Below, piece by piece: positions 1-9,250 of a stretch of DNA of 64,000 bases. Made by a program: the position numbers and the translations under genes. Source of the DNA: an uncultured cyanobacterium (GTDB lineage Bacteria > Cyanobacteriota > Cyanobacteriia > Cyanobacteriales > Cyanobacteriaceae). The DNA is taken from contig CAVQBA010000004.1 of NCBI GenBank assembly GCA_963710605.1, positions 928,001-992,000 of the forward strand, read 5' to 3'. Numbering within the stretch: position 1 is the first letter of the stretch; each line of letters begins with the position of its first letter. The notes beneath the pieces are model-generated. The model saw only the letters and a program-made list of their open reading frames with translations, was not told the DNA's origin and searched no databases.

Positions 1-37
1 GAAGACGATCGCTTAATACGGCAATTAAATAATTCAT
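1..37 (-). CDS. 5' end of a conserved cyanobacterial hypothetical gene (MNYLIAVLSDRL...), runs off the window
   Basis: Manual translation from ATG at 37; resembles the common cyanobacterial 'MNYLVAVL.DR.QAE.AY' N-terminus; second copy at 3708. Confidence 0.6.
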   Translation of the reverse strand, partial: MNYLIAVLSDRL

Positions 38-300
38 TGGGAAATATCATCTCTAAAATATAATGTTAAATGCTCTTTATTGTATCCATTATCATCGATC
101 GAGAGTTCGTGAATCAAGAATATCGTTGATTTTTAATTTTTTGAGTCTATATCTATAGTTATGAATCAAAAATTAAAATGAAAAGACGATCAAAGAATAT
201 AGTTAATGAAAATACAAAAGTTAATTTTTAGTCGTAACATTAGCTGGAATTACTGATTTAGCATTAAAATTATGAAAGTGAAAAGAATAAGGTATCAGCT

Positions 301-1062
301 TTGAGAAATTACGGACTTAATTTTATTAGTGATCTAGATTTATTCAATCATACGAAAAAGACGGTTGATAAATATCGATTTAAAATTGATTTAAAAAAGT
401 TCAACAAAAATTTAATCGACCCGATAAAGTTAACTTTTGACTCTAAAGTTTATCGTCAAGATATTGCTACGGTTGTTGAAAATGAGATTATCCGACAAGT
501 TGACAAGTCAAATAACAACCATATTGGTTATTTTCATCAAAATATTTTTGAGTATATAGGTGATAATTGGAGCTTACCAGCAAAAGGTTATGACATCATC
601 AGTGAAGAGTTACATTATTATGTGGAGATGAAGAATAAGCATAACACCATGAATTCCTCTTCATCACAAAAAACTTATATGCGGATGCAAAATACATTAT
701 TAAATAATCCTGCCGCTACTTGTTTATTAGTAGAAGTTATTGCTCAAAAAAGTCAAAATATACCTTGGAAAGTTAGCTTAGATGGAAACTTAGTTGTTAA
801 TGATCAAATTAGAAGAGTTTCGATCGATAAATTTTATCAATTAGTAACGGGTGAAAAAACAGCATTCAAACAACTTTGTGAGAAATTACCTTTAGTTATA
901 GATGATATTATTAGTCAAGTTGAAGAAGAAGAGCAAATAAAGACAGTTATTTGCGAATTACAACAAATTTCCCCAAATGTATTAAAAAGTTTATATTTAT
1001 TAGCTTTTAAAGAATATGAAGGTTTTGATAACTTCAATTTAGTAGAAAAAAAAAAGAGTTAG
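301..1062 (+). CDS. Type II restriction endonuclease, Eco47II/Sau96I-like family (predicted GGNCC)
   Basis: Motifs IDPIKLTFD, RQxDKSNNNxIGYFHQ, EMKNKHNTMNS typical of the Eco47II family; adjacent C5 methyltransferase. Confidence 0.8.
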   Translation: MRNYGLNFISDLDLFNHTKKTVDKYRFKIDLKKFNKNLIDPIKLTFDSKVYRQDIATVVENEIIRQVDKSNNNHIGYFHQNIFEYIGDNWSLPAKGYDIISEELHYYVEMKNKHNTMNSSSSQKTYMRMQNTLLNNPAATCLLVEVIAQKSQNIPWKVSLDGNLVVNDQIRRVSIDKFYQLVTGEKTAFKQLCEKLPLVIDDIISQVEEEEQIKTVICELQQISPNVLKSLYLLAFKEYEGFDNFNLVEKKKS

Positions 1063-1202
1063 TAACAGAATCTTTATTAGCTGATATTTTATCGGTTTCT
1101 AAAGCAACGATTGAAAAATGGAAAAAAAACAAAAAAATCACTCCAACAAGTAATGGTAAATATTCTTTAGAAACTTTAACTCATTTCCCTCAAATAAAAG
1201 CG

Positions 1203-2342
1203 ATGTTAAATTCTTGTTGGGATGAAAAGCAAAAGATTGTACCTAAAAGAAATTATCAATCGATCGAACTTTTTGCAGGTGCAGGGGGTTTAGCAATCGG
1301 TTTAGAAAAAGCAGGTTTTCAAGCTGTAGCTTTAAATGAAATAGATAAAGATGCTTGTCAAACATTACGACATAATCGCCCTAATTGGAATGTTATTGAA
1401 AGTGATATTAGCCAAATAGATTTTTTAGGATACGAAAATATCGATTTATTATCGGGCGGTTTTCCTTGCCAAGCGTTTTCTTATGCTGGTAAATCTTTAG
1501 GGTTTGAAGATACTAGAGGCACATTATTTTTTGAATACGCTAGAGCAATAAAACAATTACAACCCAAAATATTTTTAGGCGAAAATGTCAGAGGATTATT
1601 AAATCACGATAATGGCAAAACACTGGAGGTAATCAAATCGGTTATAGAAGAATTAGGATACACATTAATTAATCCACAAGTATTAAAAGCTATTTTTTAT
1701 CGTGTGCCTCAAAAAAGAGAAAGATTGTTTTTAGTAGGTATCAGAAACGACTTAATCAAATATGCTCAGTTTACATGGCCCGAACCTTTTTCAAAAATAA
1801 TGACAGTAAAAGATGCTTTAAAAAAAGGGGAATTATACGATCGTGATTGTCCATTATCAGAAGGGCAAAGTTATCCTCAAAGAAAGAAAGAAATTTTGGC
1901 GATGATACCCGCAGGAGGATGTTGGATTGATTTACCAGATGATATTCAACGAGAATATATGCAAAAAAGTTATTTTCTTGGTGGTGGTAAAACAGGTATG
2001 GCGAGAAGATTGTCTTATGATAATCCTAGTTTGACTTTAACTTGTTCTCCTGCCCAAAAACAAACCGAAAGATGTCATCCTCAAGAAACTAGACCACTTA
2101 CAGTAAGAGAATACGCTCGTATTCAAACTTTTCCTGATCAATGGCAATTTATGGGTTCAATGACTAGTAAATACAAACAAATCGGTAATGCTGTACCTGT
2201 TAATTTAGCTTTAGCAGTAGGTAAAAGACTAATAGCTTTATTAAATTGTATCGAAGATAATAGACAAGTAGATTATTCTCAATCGACTAGTGTTTTAGAA
2301 GAGCAAAAATTAGTAAAGCAAACTAGTTTATTTGACCTTTAA
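1203..2342 (+). CDS. DNA (cytosine-5)-methyltransferase, M.Eco47II/M.Sau96I-like; frame is open upstream to 1032 and encodes an HTH-like segment
   Basis: C5 MTase motifs FAGAGG, GFPCQ, ENV, QxRER, IGNAV; target-recognition region GGGKTGMARRL. Confidence 0.92.
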   Translation: MLNSCWDEKQKIVPKRNYQSIELFAGAGGLAIGLEKAGFQAVALNEIDKDACQTLRHNRPNWNVIESDISQIDFLGYENIDLLSGGFPCQAFSYAGKSLGFEDTRGTLFFEYARAIKQLQPKIFLGENVRGLLNHDNGKTLEVIKSVIEELGYTLINPQVLKAIFYRVPQKRERLFLVGIRNDLIKYAQFTWPEPFSKIMTVKDALKKGELYDRDCPLSEGQSYPQRKKEILAMIPAGGCWIDLPDDIQREYMQKSYFLGGGKTGMARRLSYDNPSLTLTCSPAQKQTERCHPQETRPLTVREYARIQTFPDQWQFMGSMTSKYKQIGNAVPVNLALAVGKRLIALLNCIEDNRQVDYSQSTSVLEEQKLVKQTSLFDL

Positions 2343-2901
2343 TGCTTTGATATTTAAATACGATCGAATTGGACACGATAAGGTACGTATTTTAAATGGT
2401 GGTCGCCAAAAATGGCAAATAGATGATTATCCTGTGACGACGGAAAAAACAGCGATCGAAAAGAGAGAATATCATGCTCAACCAGTAAATGAGAATTTAA
2501 GTATTTCTTTAGCTCAATTGCAGGAATCAAAGGAAAAAAATGATTGTGTCTTACTAGATGCACGCACACCGCAAGAATATCGTGGCGAAATGTTTATGAT
2601 GAAACCACCGACAGAAAACCAACGTGCGGGGCATATTCCAGGGGCGATAAATATTTATTACGAATTAGCTCACAATGATGATGGTACTTTTAAGTCTTTT
2701 CCTGAATTAAAGATGATTTACGATCGATTACAAAATAGCATCTCGGCAGGGCAACTGATTATTCCTTATTGTGCTGTAGGTGCTCGTTCGGGACACACTT
2801 GGTTTATCTTAAAATACTTGTTAGGTTATCCTGATGTCAAAAATTATGATGGTTCGTGGAATCAATGGAGTCGAATCCCTGAGTTAGCTGTAGAAAAGTA
2901 A
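2332..2901 (+). pseudogene. 5'-truncated two-domain sulfurtransferase (rhodanese); only the linker and C-terminal domain remain
   Basis: GHxxVRILNGGRQKW (end of domain 1), LDAR..EY.GE, GHIPGA, active-site YC, YDGSWxxW; N-terminal domain is missing at the MTase junction. Confidence 0.7.
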
Positions 2902-3018
2902 TTGACAATAATTTAGACGATCGTTTATCAACTTCATCTAATACTGTAGATAAAGCGATTACAGCTCCTAAAAAATAATTTATGATTAAATATGTTGGAT
3001 TAAAGTTGACTGTTGAGA

Positions 3019-3258
3019 CTAAATCTTTTCATAAGCAGAGATAAAATCATCTCTTGGAATTCCTGATTGAGTGCAAATACTTCTTAAAGTTGATGCCTTA
3101 ATCTTTTTATGGTTAGGTATCGTTAAAGGAGTGATGCTTCCATCTTTATTGGTACGACTCATAGAAATATGTTCTCTTTCCCTAACAATGACAAAACCTA
3201 AAGATTCTAAAGTTTTAATCACTTTCTTTTTCGGTGCATCTACTGGGAATTTGGGCAT
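3019..3258 (-). CDS. hicA: HicA family toxin (mRNA interferase)
   Basis: 79 aa basic protein, LxxLGFxxVRxxxH...PxHxxI...TLRSI pattern. Confidence 0.85.
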   Translation of the reverse strand: MPKFPVDAPKKKVIKTLESLGFVIVREREHISMSRTNKDGSITPLTIPNHKKIKASTLRSICTQSGIPRDDFISAYEKI

Positions 3259-3477
3259 TTAAACCGTTGCCTCCGCCACATAAGCCTCTAATACAGAGGA
3301 AGAAGTTTCTAAGACTTGTTCACCGAAAGTCTCAATATGAAAAGAAATTGCTGAGCGTACGTCATTCAATGCTTCTTCATACGTATCTCCTTGACCTACT
3401 ATTACACCTTCAATACCCAAAGGATAAGCAACATAACCGTCTAAATGTTTTTCGACTAATATTTTGATATTCTTCAT
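3259..3477 (-). CDS. hicB: HicB family antitoxin (short form, no DNA-binding domain)
   Basis: GYVAYP.....QGDTYEEALxxVxxAI motif; ATG at 3477; directly abuts hicA. Confidence 0.85.
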   Translation of the reverse strand: MKNIKILVEKHLDGYVAYPLGIEGVIVGQGDTYEEALNDVRSAISFHIETFGEQVLETSSSVLEAYVAEATV

Positions 3478-3540
3478 GATTGATATAGTTTGAGATAATA
3501 ATTTAAAACTAAATAAATTGTGCCAATACATCTAAGTTTT

Positions 3541-3708
3541 TTAAGTTAAGACAATTATACAATTTTTTAAATCGTAAAAAAACTCGAATAAACCTTTATT
3601 GGTAGGTTTGATAGATATTTGTGAAGTTGGAATATTAGCTTGTGTTAGCCGAGTATATGCTTCTTTAGCTTGAAGACGATCGCTTAATACCGCAATTAAA
3701 TAATTCAT
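3541..3708 (-). pseudogene. Truncated second copy of the gene starting at 37 (MNYLIAVLSDRLQAKEAYTRLTQANIPTSQISI..., 55 aa)
   Basis: 3672-3800 is a degenerate direct repeat of 1-130; frame stops after 55 codons. Confidence 0.6.
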
Positions 3709-3814
3709 CTATAAAATAATCCTGAAAATATAATGTCAGATATTACTTACTTTACTCATTACCAACTATCAAGATTACTGAATCAAGAATATTGTTAATT
3801 ATGGATAAAGTCCA

Positions 3815-4411
3815 CTACTTCGGTACAATCATGACTATACGAGTTATTTCTTCATCTTGCTCTACACGCACAGCTAACTCTTCAGACCATATCTTATAGA
3901 TGTCAGTTGATGAATCTGATTTAGCTTCCCACTTTGACGCACCTGCATGAAAATCTATACCATCAATTGGACGAGCTAACCAACTAGGTTTTTCACCTTC
4001 GCACTTACTTGCCGCTCCAAGCAACTCTCCTGATTCATCAAAGATTTCAACAAAGTGACCAGCGTTATCATATCCATCTCCAGCTATACCAGAGATACCG
4101 ATTGCATAAGTATCATACTCTTCTACTTTGATTTTAAAAGCAAAAATATTAGTTAAACATTGTTGAGAAAACCATATGTGCCGATTAAAAGTGTCAATAA
4201 CTTGTTGAGGATGTGTTGTACTAATTTGTTCAATCTCTACCGAATCAAAATCAGCCTCACAGCCATACTCACCCCAGTCACCAGTAGTTACTAACTCAAC
4301 CCGACCAATTCTATTACTTGGCATAAAATACTCAAAACCATCTATTCCACATCCTTCTTTTTCAAGGCGATTTTCATAAAATTCTCGTACTAATTGTTTT
4401 TTACTGCTCAC
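3815..4411 (-). CDS. Hypothetical acidic protein (198 aa)
   Basis: Uninterrupted ORF with GTG start; no recognised motif. Confidence 0.6.
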   Translation of the reverse strand: MSSKKQLVREFYENRLEKEGCGIDGFEYFMPSNRIGRVELVTTGDWGEYGCEADFDSVEIEQISTTHPQQVIDTFNRHIWFSQQCLTNIFAFKIKVEEYDTYAIGISGIAGDGYDNAGHFVEIFDESGELLGAASKCEGEKPSWLARPIDGIDFHAGASKWEAKSDSSTDIYKIWSEELAVRVEQDEEITRIVMIVPK

Positions 4412-4602
4412 TGCCGTTAACTAATAATTTAACTATTTGAATTTATTCTCGATCTGAAATACAAAAAAGAATGCTACAAATCAATAGTCGGTAAAATTGA
4501 GAAAAAGATTGATATGCAGGTAATCAAAATATTTTCTATCCGTAGCAAGTATTAAAGTATTTCATCTAACTATCAGCTAATTTTATCATTGTCTTAATCA
4601 AA

Positions 4603-4625
4603 AAAGGTGAGCATTGCCCACCTTA
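4603..4625 (-). terminator. Hairpin AAGGTGAGCATTGCCCACCTT followed by a U-run on the minus strand; REP-like terminator of lpdA
   Basis: Imperfect inverted repeat about 30 nt after the lpdA stop. Confidence 0.45.
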
Positions 4626-4653
4626 ATACATTATTAACTTAATCTGCTATTGA

Positions 4654-6075
4654 TTAACTCGCTCGTTTATAAGCTTCATCTAAGACTTCTGACAAAGTAG
4701 GATGAGCATGAATATTAAAGGCTAAATTACTAACGACTTCACGACGGGCGATCGCATTAGCGGCTTCTTGAATTAAATCTGAAGCATGAATACCGATAAT
4801 ATGAACACCTAATAATTCTCCTGTATCTTTACGGAAAACAATTTTAGCGATACCATCAGTTTCTTTTTCAGCGAGTGCTTTAGAATTACCTTTAAAGTAA
4901 GTTTTAGCAGTACCTACAGTAAAACCTTCTTTTTCACCTAATTCTTTGGCTTGGGGTTCATTTAAGCCAACATAGCTAATTTCTGGGTGAGTAAAAGCGG
5001 CGGCTGGTATCGATCGATAATCAATTTCTTTATCTTGACCACACATATTTTCTACAGCCACAATACCTTGCCCTGAAGCGGCGTGGGCTAACATCATTTT
5101 GCCGTTAGCGTCGCCTACTGCCCAAAGATGAGGAACAGGTTTACCATCTTTGATAACTTGCATTTTATCGTTGACGGGAATGAAACCTCTTTCGGTTTCT
5201 ATACCGATGTTTTCTAAGCCGATATTTTTGGTTGCAGGTATTCTTCCTGTTGCTACCAGACAAGCATCTACTTCTAATACTTCAACTACTTCTTTGGTTT
5301 TAGCGTCAGTTAATTCGATCGTCACAGGATTACCGGGAATTACTTTAGTCGCAAACACACCTGTATAAGTTTCGATGTCACGATTTTTGATTAAAACTTT
5401 TTCGGCAATTTTGGCAATATCAGGGTCAAAAGTAGGCATGAGTTGATCAAAGGCTTCTACCATGGTAATTTCGCTACCAAGTGCGGTATAAACATCAGCA
5501 AACTCTAAACCGATATAACCACTACCAATAATAGCAACCCAATCAGGTAAAGATTCGAGTCTGACAGCTTGATCGCTAGTATAAACTGTTTTACCATCAA
5601 CTTCTATGCCTCTAGGTACAAAAGGTACAGAGCCAGGACAAAGCATTATCTCTTTAGCGGCAATAACTTTTTCACCATCATTGGTTAAAACTTCTACTTT
5701 TTGAGGAGCGATTATTTTACCCCAACCTTTGATGATATCAACTTTTAAACGACTTAGACTGTTAGTAAGATCGGATTGTATTTTACTGACCAAATCATTA
5801 GCATGATTGGCGATCGCTTTTCTTTCAAAAGAAACATTATTAATACTAACACCCATCGATTCTAAATGTTCAGTGCTAGAAAGCTCTCTTACTTTACCAG
5901 AAGCCGCTAACAATGCCTTAGAAGGAATACAACCACGATTAACGCAAGTGCCACCCATATCTTTAGCTTCAATGATGGCAGTTTTCAATCCATTTTTGAC
6001 AGCGTGTAAAGCCGCACCATGTCCACCAACACCAGCACCAACAATTACCAAATCGTAATCAAATTGTTCACTCAT
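4654..6075 (-). CDS. lpdA: Dihydrolipoyl dehydrogenase
   Basis: [19 protein letters not shown] redox motif, HAHPTLSE. Confidence 0.96.
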   Translation of the reverse strand: MSEQFDYDLVIVGAGVGGHGAALHAVKNGLKTAIIEAKDMGGTCVNRGCIPSKALLAASGKVRELSSTEHLESMGVSINNVSFERKAIANHANDLVSKIQSDLTNSLSRLKVDIIKGWGKIIAPQKVEVLTNDGEKVIAAKEIMLCPGSVPFVPRGIEVDGKTVYTSDQAVRLESLPDWVAIIGSGYIGLEFADVYTALGSEITMVEAFDQLMPTFDPDIAKIAEKVLIKNRDIETYTGVFATKVIPGNPVTIELTDAKTKEVVEVLEVDACLVATGRIPATKNIGLENIGIETERGFIPVNDKMQVIKDGKPVPHLWAVGDANGKMMLAHAASGQGIVAVENMCGQDKEIDYRSIPAAAFTHPEISYVGLNEPQAKELGEKEGFTVGTAKTYFKGNSKALAEKETDGIAKIVFRKDTGELLGVHIIGIHASDLIQEAANAIARREVVSNLAFNIHAHPTLSEVLDEAYKRAS

Positions 6076-6174
6076 TATATTTTCTCTCTATTTTTTCTAA
6101 CTACATTTCGACTTGTGCTTAATGACCACCAAATTATCTTATTGTAAAAGGCAAAAGATACTTAGTATAATTAT

Positions 6175-6222
6175 CAATATTGTCAATTGTCAATTGTCAA
6201 TTATCAATTGTCAATTATCATT
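6175..6222. repeat. Heptamer tandem repeat (TTGTCAA)n; similar 7-mer arrays at ~9175-9208, 12297-12330, 12390-12422, 18002-18090, 36960-36992, 46611-46650, 53790-53825
   Basis: Read directly; STRR-like heptamer arrays next to gene ends. Confidence 0.8.
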
Positions 6223-7528
6223 GTACGATTGGACTAACTTTATCAATAATTTCTAAACCTCCATCAGGCTTAACCTCCCAAACATCATAAATTCCGACAA
6301 CATCACCGTTATCATCAATATCAACATTACCACTCGCACCTTGATAATTAATTTGTTGACCATCACGTATCATTTCTAATGCTTCACAAGGATCAGTAAT
6401 TTCCGCACCATCGCCACCTGCTACCTCTTTAATTTTACTAGAAATTGCCTCTCCTGTGTTTTCACCTGCCGCTTGAGCGGCTAACATTAATAAGATAGTG
6501 GCATCCCATGTATGAGGAACAAAAGCCGTTAAATCACTACCATCAGTAGCATCCTTCCATAACTGGGTAAAATCAGCTAACGCCTCGCCATCAGCACCCG
6601 GCACTGTACCTAATGCACCTGAAATAATTGAATTACCATCAGCGGTTTTGCCCACTTGCTTAGTAAAATCTTCTGAGTAAACACCATCAGTTAAAAGAAT
6701 AGTGACATCTTTACTTAATCCTTGTTTGAAAGCCGCCTGTAAAAGTAAACTACCAGTTTCAGCATATAAAACACCTGCTACAGCTTGAGGATTACCACTA
6801 AAAGCGGCAGTAGCTTCACTATCTAATGTAGTTGCTTTAGGATCATATCTAACAGGTTGATTTTCATTGGTAATGTTTCCGCCTAAATCGACGAAAGATT
6901 TCACAAATTCTTGCTCGAATGCTACACCGTAATCATTATTAATCACCACTGTTGAAATGTTGTCAAATCCTCTAGTTTTAGCTAAGGCGGCTAATGCTTG
7001 AGCTTGATAAGTATCAGGTGGTGCAGTACGAGCCCAATAACCATCAAAATCACCATCGATCGCTCTTTGGGTAAAAACTGGACTTGTGCTACCAGGAGAG
7101 ATTAACATCACCTTGTTTCTCACTGCTACATCAAGGGCGGAAGTAGAAACACTACTGGCAAACGCCCCGACTACTCCTGCAACTTGATCAACTTCGGCTA
7201 ATTTTGTCATTGCCGCACTACCTGCAACGGGATCAGTTTGGCTATCTTCTTTAATTAAAGTTACAGGTTGCCCATTAACTCCACCACAAGCATTGATGGT
7301 ATCTACCGCTAATTGAACAGCTACAGGCATATTTTGACCGATCGAAGATAAATCTCCTGTAACGGGTAGTAATGCTCCTAATTTCAAGCTTTCTGGGCTT
7401 TCTTCACTACTACTGTCTGGAGTTTCTGAAGTGGTATCATCTCCTGTTGTGCCAAAAAGAGTACATCCTGTTAACCAATTCACACTGATTAATATTGTTA
7501 AAAATAGGGTTATTTTATTCTTTCTCAT
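6218..7528 (-). CDS. Branched-chain/neutral amino acid ABC transporter substrate-binding lipoprotein (NatB-like)
   Basis: Lipobox LTGC, LKLGALLPVTG, ISPGSTSP, YQGASGNVD. Confidence 0.85.
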   Translation of the reverse strand: MRKNKITLFLTILISVNWLTGCTLFGTTGDDTTSETPDSSSEESPESLKLGALLPVTGDLSSIGQNMPVAVQLAVDTINACGGVNGQPVTLIKEDSQTDPVAGSAAMTKLAEVDQVAGVVGAFASSVSTSALDVAVRNKVMLISPGSTSPVFTQRAIDGDFDGYWARTAPPDTYQAQALAALAKTRGFDNISTVVINNDYGVAFEQEFVKSFVDLGGNITNENQPVRYDPKATTLDSEATAAFSGNPQAVAGVLYAETGSLLLQAAFKQGLSKDVTILLTDGVYSEDFTKQVGKTADGNSIISGALGTVPGADGEALADFTQLWKDATDGSDLTAFVPHTWDATILLMLAAQAAGENTGEAISSKIKEVAGGDGAEITDPCEALEMIRDGQQINYQGASGNVDIDDNGDVVGIYDVWEVKPDGGLEIIDKVSPIVQ

Positions 7529-7666
7529 GCTTCTAATATCTATTATGTAGTTTAAAGTAAAATCATATCCTAATATTTCAAATTTGTTCTATTTTTTCAC
7601 TTTAACTACTGACAAAGTTGCAAAAGAAAAGTCCCCCAATTTAAATAAGAGTGAAAATAACTATTA

Positions 7667-8548
7667 CCCGTCTCGAACTGTCGTGCGAGGCTAGCAGTAT
7701 TCGTTCAATGAATTGACCTAAAATATTAGCTATCTCATTTTAATTTTATTTTGCTACAGTTAGTTTTTACATAAGTGCTAAAAGGGCATTCTTCACCAAT
7801 AACTCAGCTACAGTTTTTCCTTCTATTATTAAAAACTTGTATATAAAAAAAAATTATGTATATTATATATATCTATTATTTTTTTCAATATAAAAAACTA
7901 TGAATAAATATTTAGCTGGTATAGTTACAACTAGTTCGATCGCTTTTGCAGGGATTATAATTGCACCCACAGAAGCAAAAGCAGTAACGATTACGTTAGA
8001 TGGAACGGATTATGAAGTAACGACCATACTAACAAGTTTCGATGATAACGAAACTTTACTAGAATCTCAGCCATGGTGGGGTAACGACACATTCGCTGAG
8101 TCAGCCGCAGAACAAGTTGGTCTCAATTTTGGCTTTACTAACGGGTTTGGAACCAGAAGGGAACGGACCATATTTTAGTTTTGAAGATTCGGGTTTAAGA
8201 AGAGGGTATTTCGCAGTTAACCGTCTTGGAGAAGTGCAAAGGATAGATTCAAGTACTACAGGGGGAGCAATTCCATCTATAAAAGAGAGTTATGCGATCG
8301 CAAATGAAGTACCACAACCAATACCAGAACCACTAACCATCTTAGGTACTATTACATTTGGTGGTTTTATGGTAGGGATGAAAAAACGTAAAAACCATTT
8401 GAATGCAGAATAAATGAAATGTAGAATGCAGAATAGATAGAATGTAAGTGCTTTAATTTATTTTTGATTTTAATATTTATTTTATTTGTCTTACAGTTCA
8501 ATTTATTGAACGAATTCACGTTAGCCTTGCACGACAGTTAAAGGCGGG
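7667..8548. mobile_element. Putative non-autonomous element with ~50-bp imperfect terminal inverted repeats enclosing a PEP-CTERM gene
   Basis: 7667-7716 matches the reverse complement of 8498-8548 at about 41 of 51 positions by manual alignment; no transposase inside. Confidence 0.55.
7900..8413 (+). CDS. PEP-CTERM sorting-domain exported protein, split by a +1 frameshift near 8151 (probably a sequencing error)
   Basis: Signal peptide ending AKA; C-terminal IPEPLTILG-TM-KKRK; removing one A from ggaacc (8149-8154) joins the ORFs as FGPEGNGPYF. Confidence 0.8.
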
Positions 8549-8689
8549 ATAAATACGAAGTGAAATTTTTGTAGATAGATCAACTCCCCCTGTATGCCAG
8601 TCCACAAGGGGGACATTTGTTTCTAGGCTTTTTCATCACTACTATTGATAAACTCTTATATTCATACCGCCCTCATACTTCATCCTTGA

Positions 8690-9082
8690 TTAAGATTCGA
8701 CTTCATCTATACGTAAAAGTTTACGATAAAACTTCTGAGCAAAATCTGCTTGACGAGACTTTTGGAATTGTTTAATTAAAGTAATAAGATAACCAATAAA
8801 ATCTGAATTAGATAAATTTACTTCATAACTCAACTCTGCTTGACTGTTGAATTGAATTCGACAACGGGTTTTTTCGTAGGGTAACTTAGATTTTGAGACA
8901 TACCAAGTAGCTAAAAAACTTATTTCTTCTTGCCCTTCAATAATTCTTCCTCCTTCTAGATACCCTTGTTGGTACAAACTCAAAGCATAAGGTAAAATTT
9001 GTTGTTGCTCTTTAGAGTAAAAGGGAAGATACATCTTGGTATCGTCTTTATGGGCTGGTTGTAGTTTTTCAATATTGGACAT
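8690..9082 (-). CDS. ebsA: EbsA family protein (type IV pilus/secretion associated)
   Basis: IEKLQPA....Y.PFY....LPYALSLYQQG.LEG.R.IEG pattern of cyanobacterial EbsA. Confidence 0.7.
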   Translation of the reverse strand: MSNIEKLQPAHKDDTKMYLPFYSKEQQQILPYALSLYQQGYLEGGRIIEGQEEISFLATWYVSKSKLPYEKTRCRIQFNSQAELSYEVNLSNSDFIGYLITLIKQFQKSRQADFAQKFYRKLLRIDEVES

Positions 9083-9250
9083 TGTTGGGTCAATATTAAT
9101 ATTTGGATTATCTTTGTTTAAATTTTAACTTAATCATGGGAAAGTTTAACATAAATAATAGTTGATAGCCTTAACAGTTAAAAGTTAAAAGTTAAAAGTT
9201 AAAAGTTATGAGCTGTAATATTAATTGTTGATTATTCGTTTTTCATTGTA

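Noticed and set aside
1057-1082. Hairpin as a -1 frameshift stimulator
   Set aside because: Weak AU/GU-rich stem with no spacer after the slippery site; not counted as support
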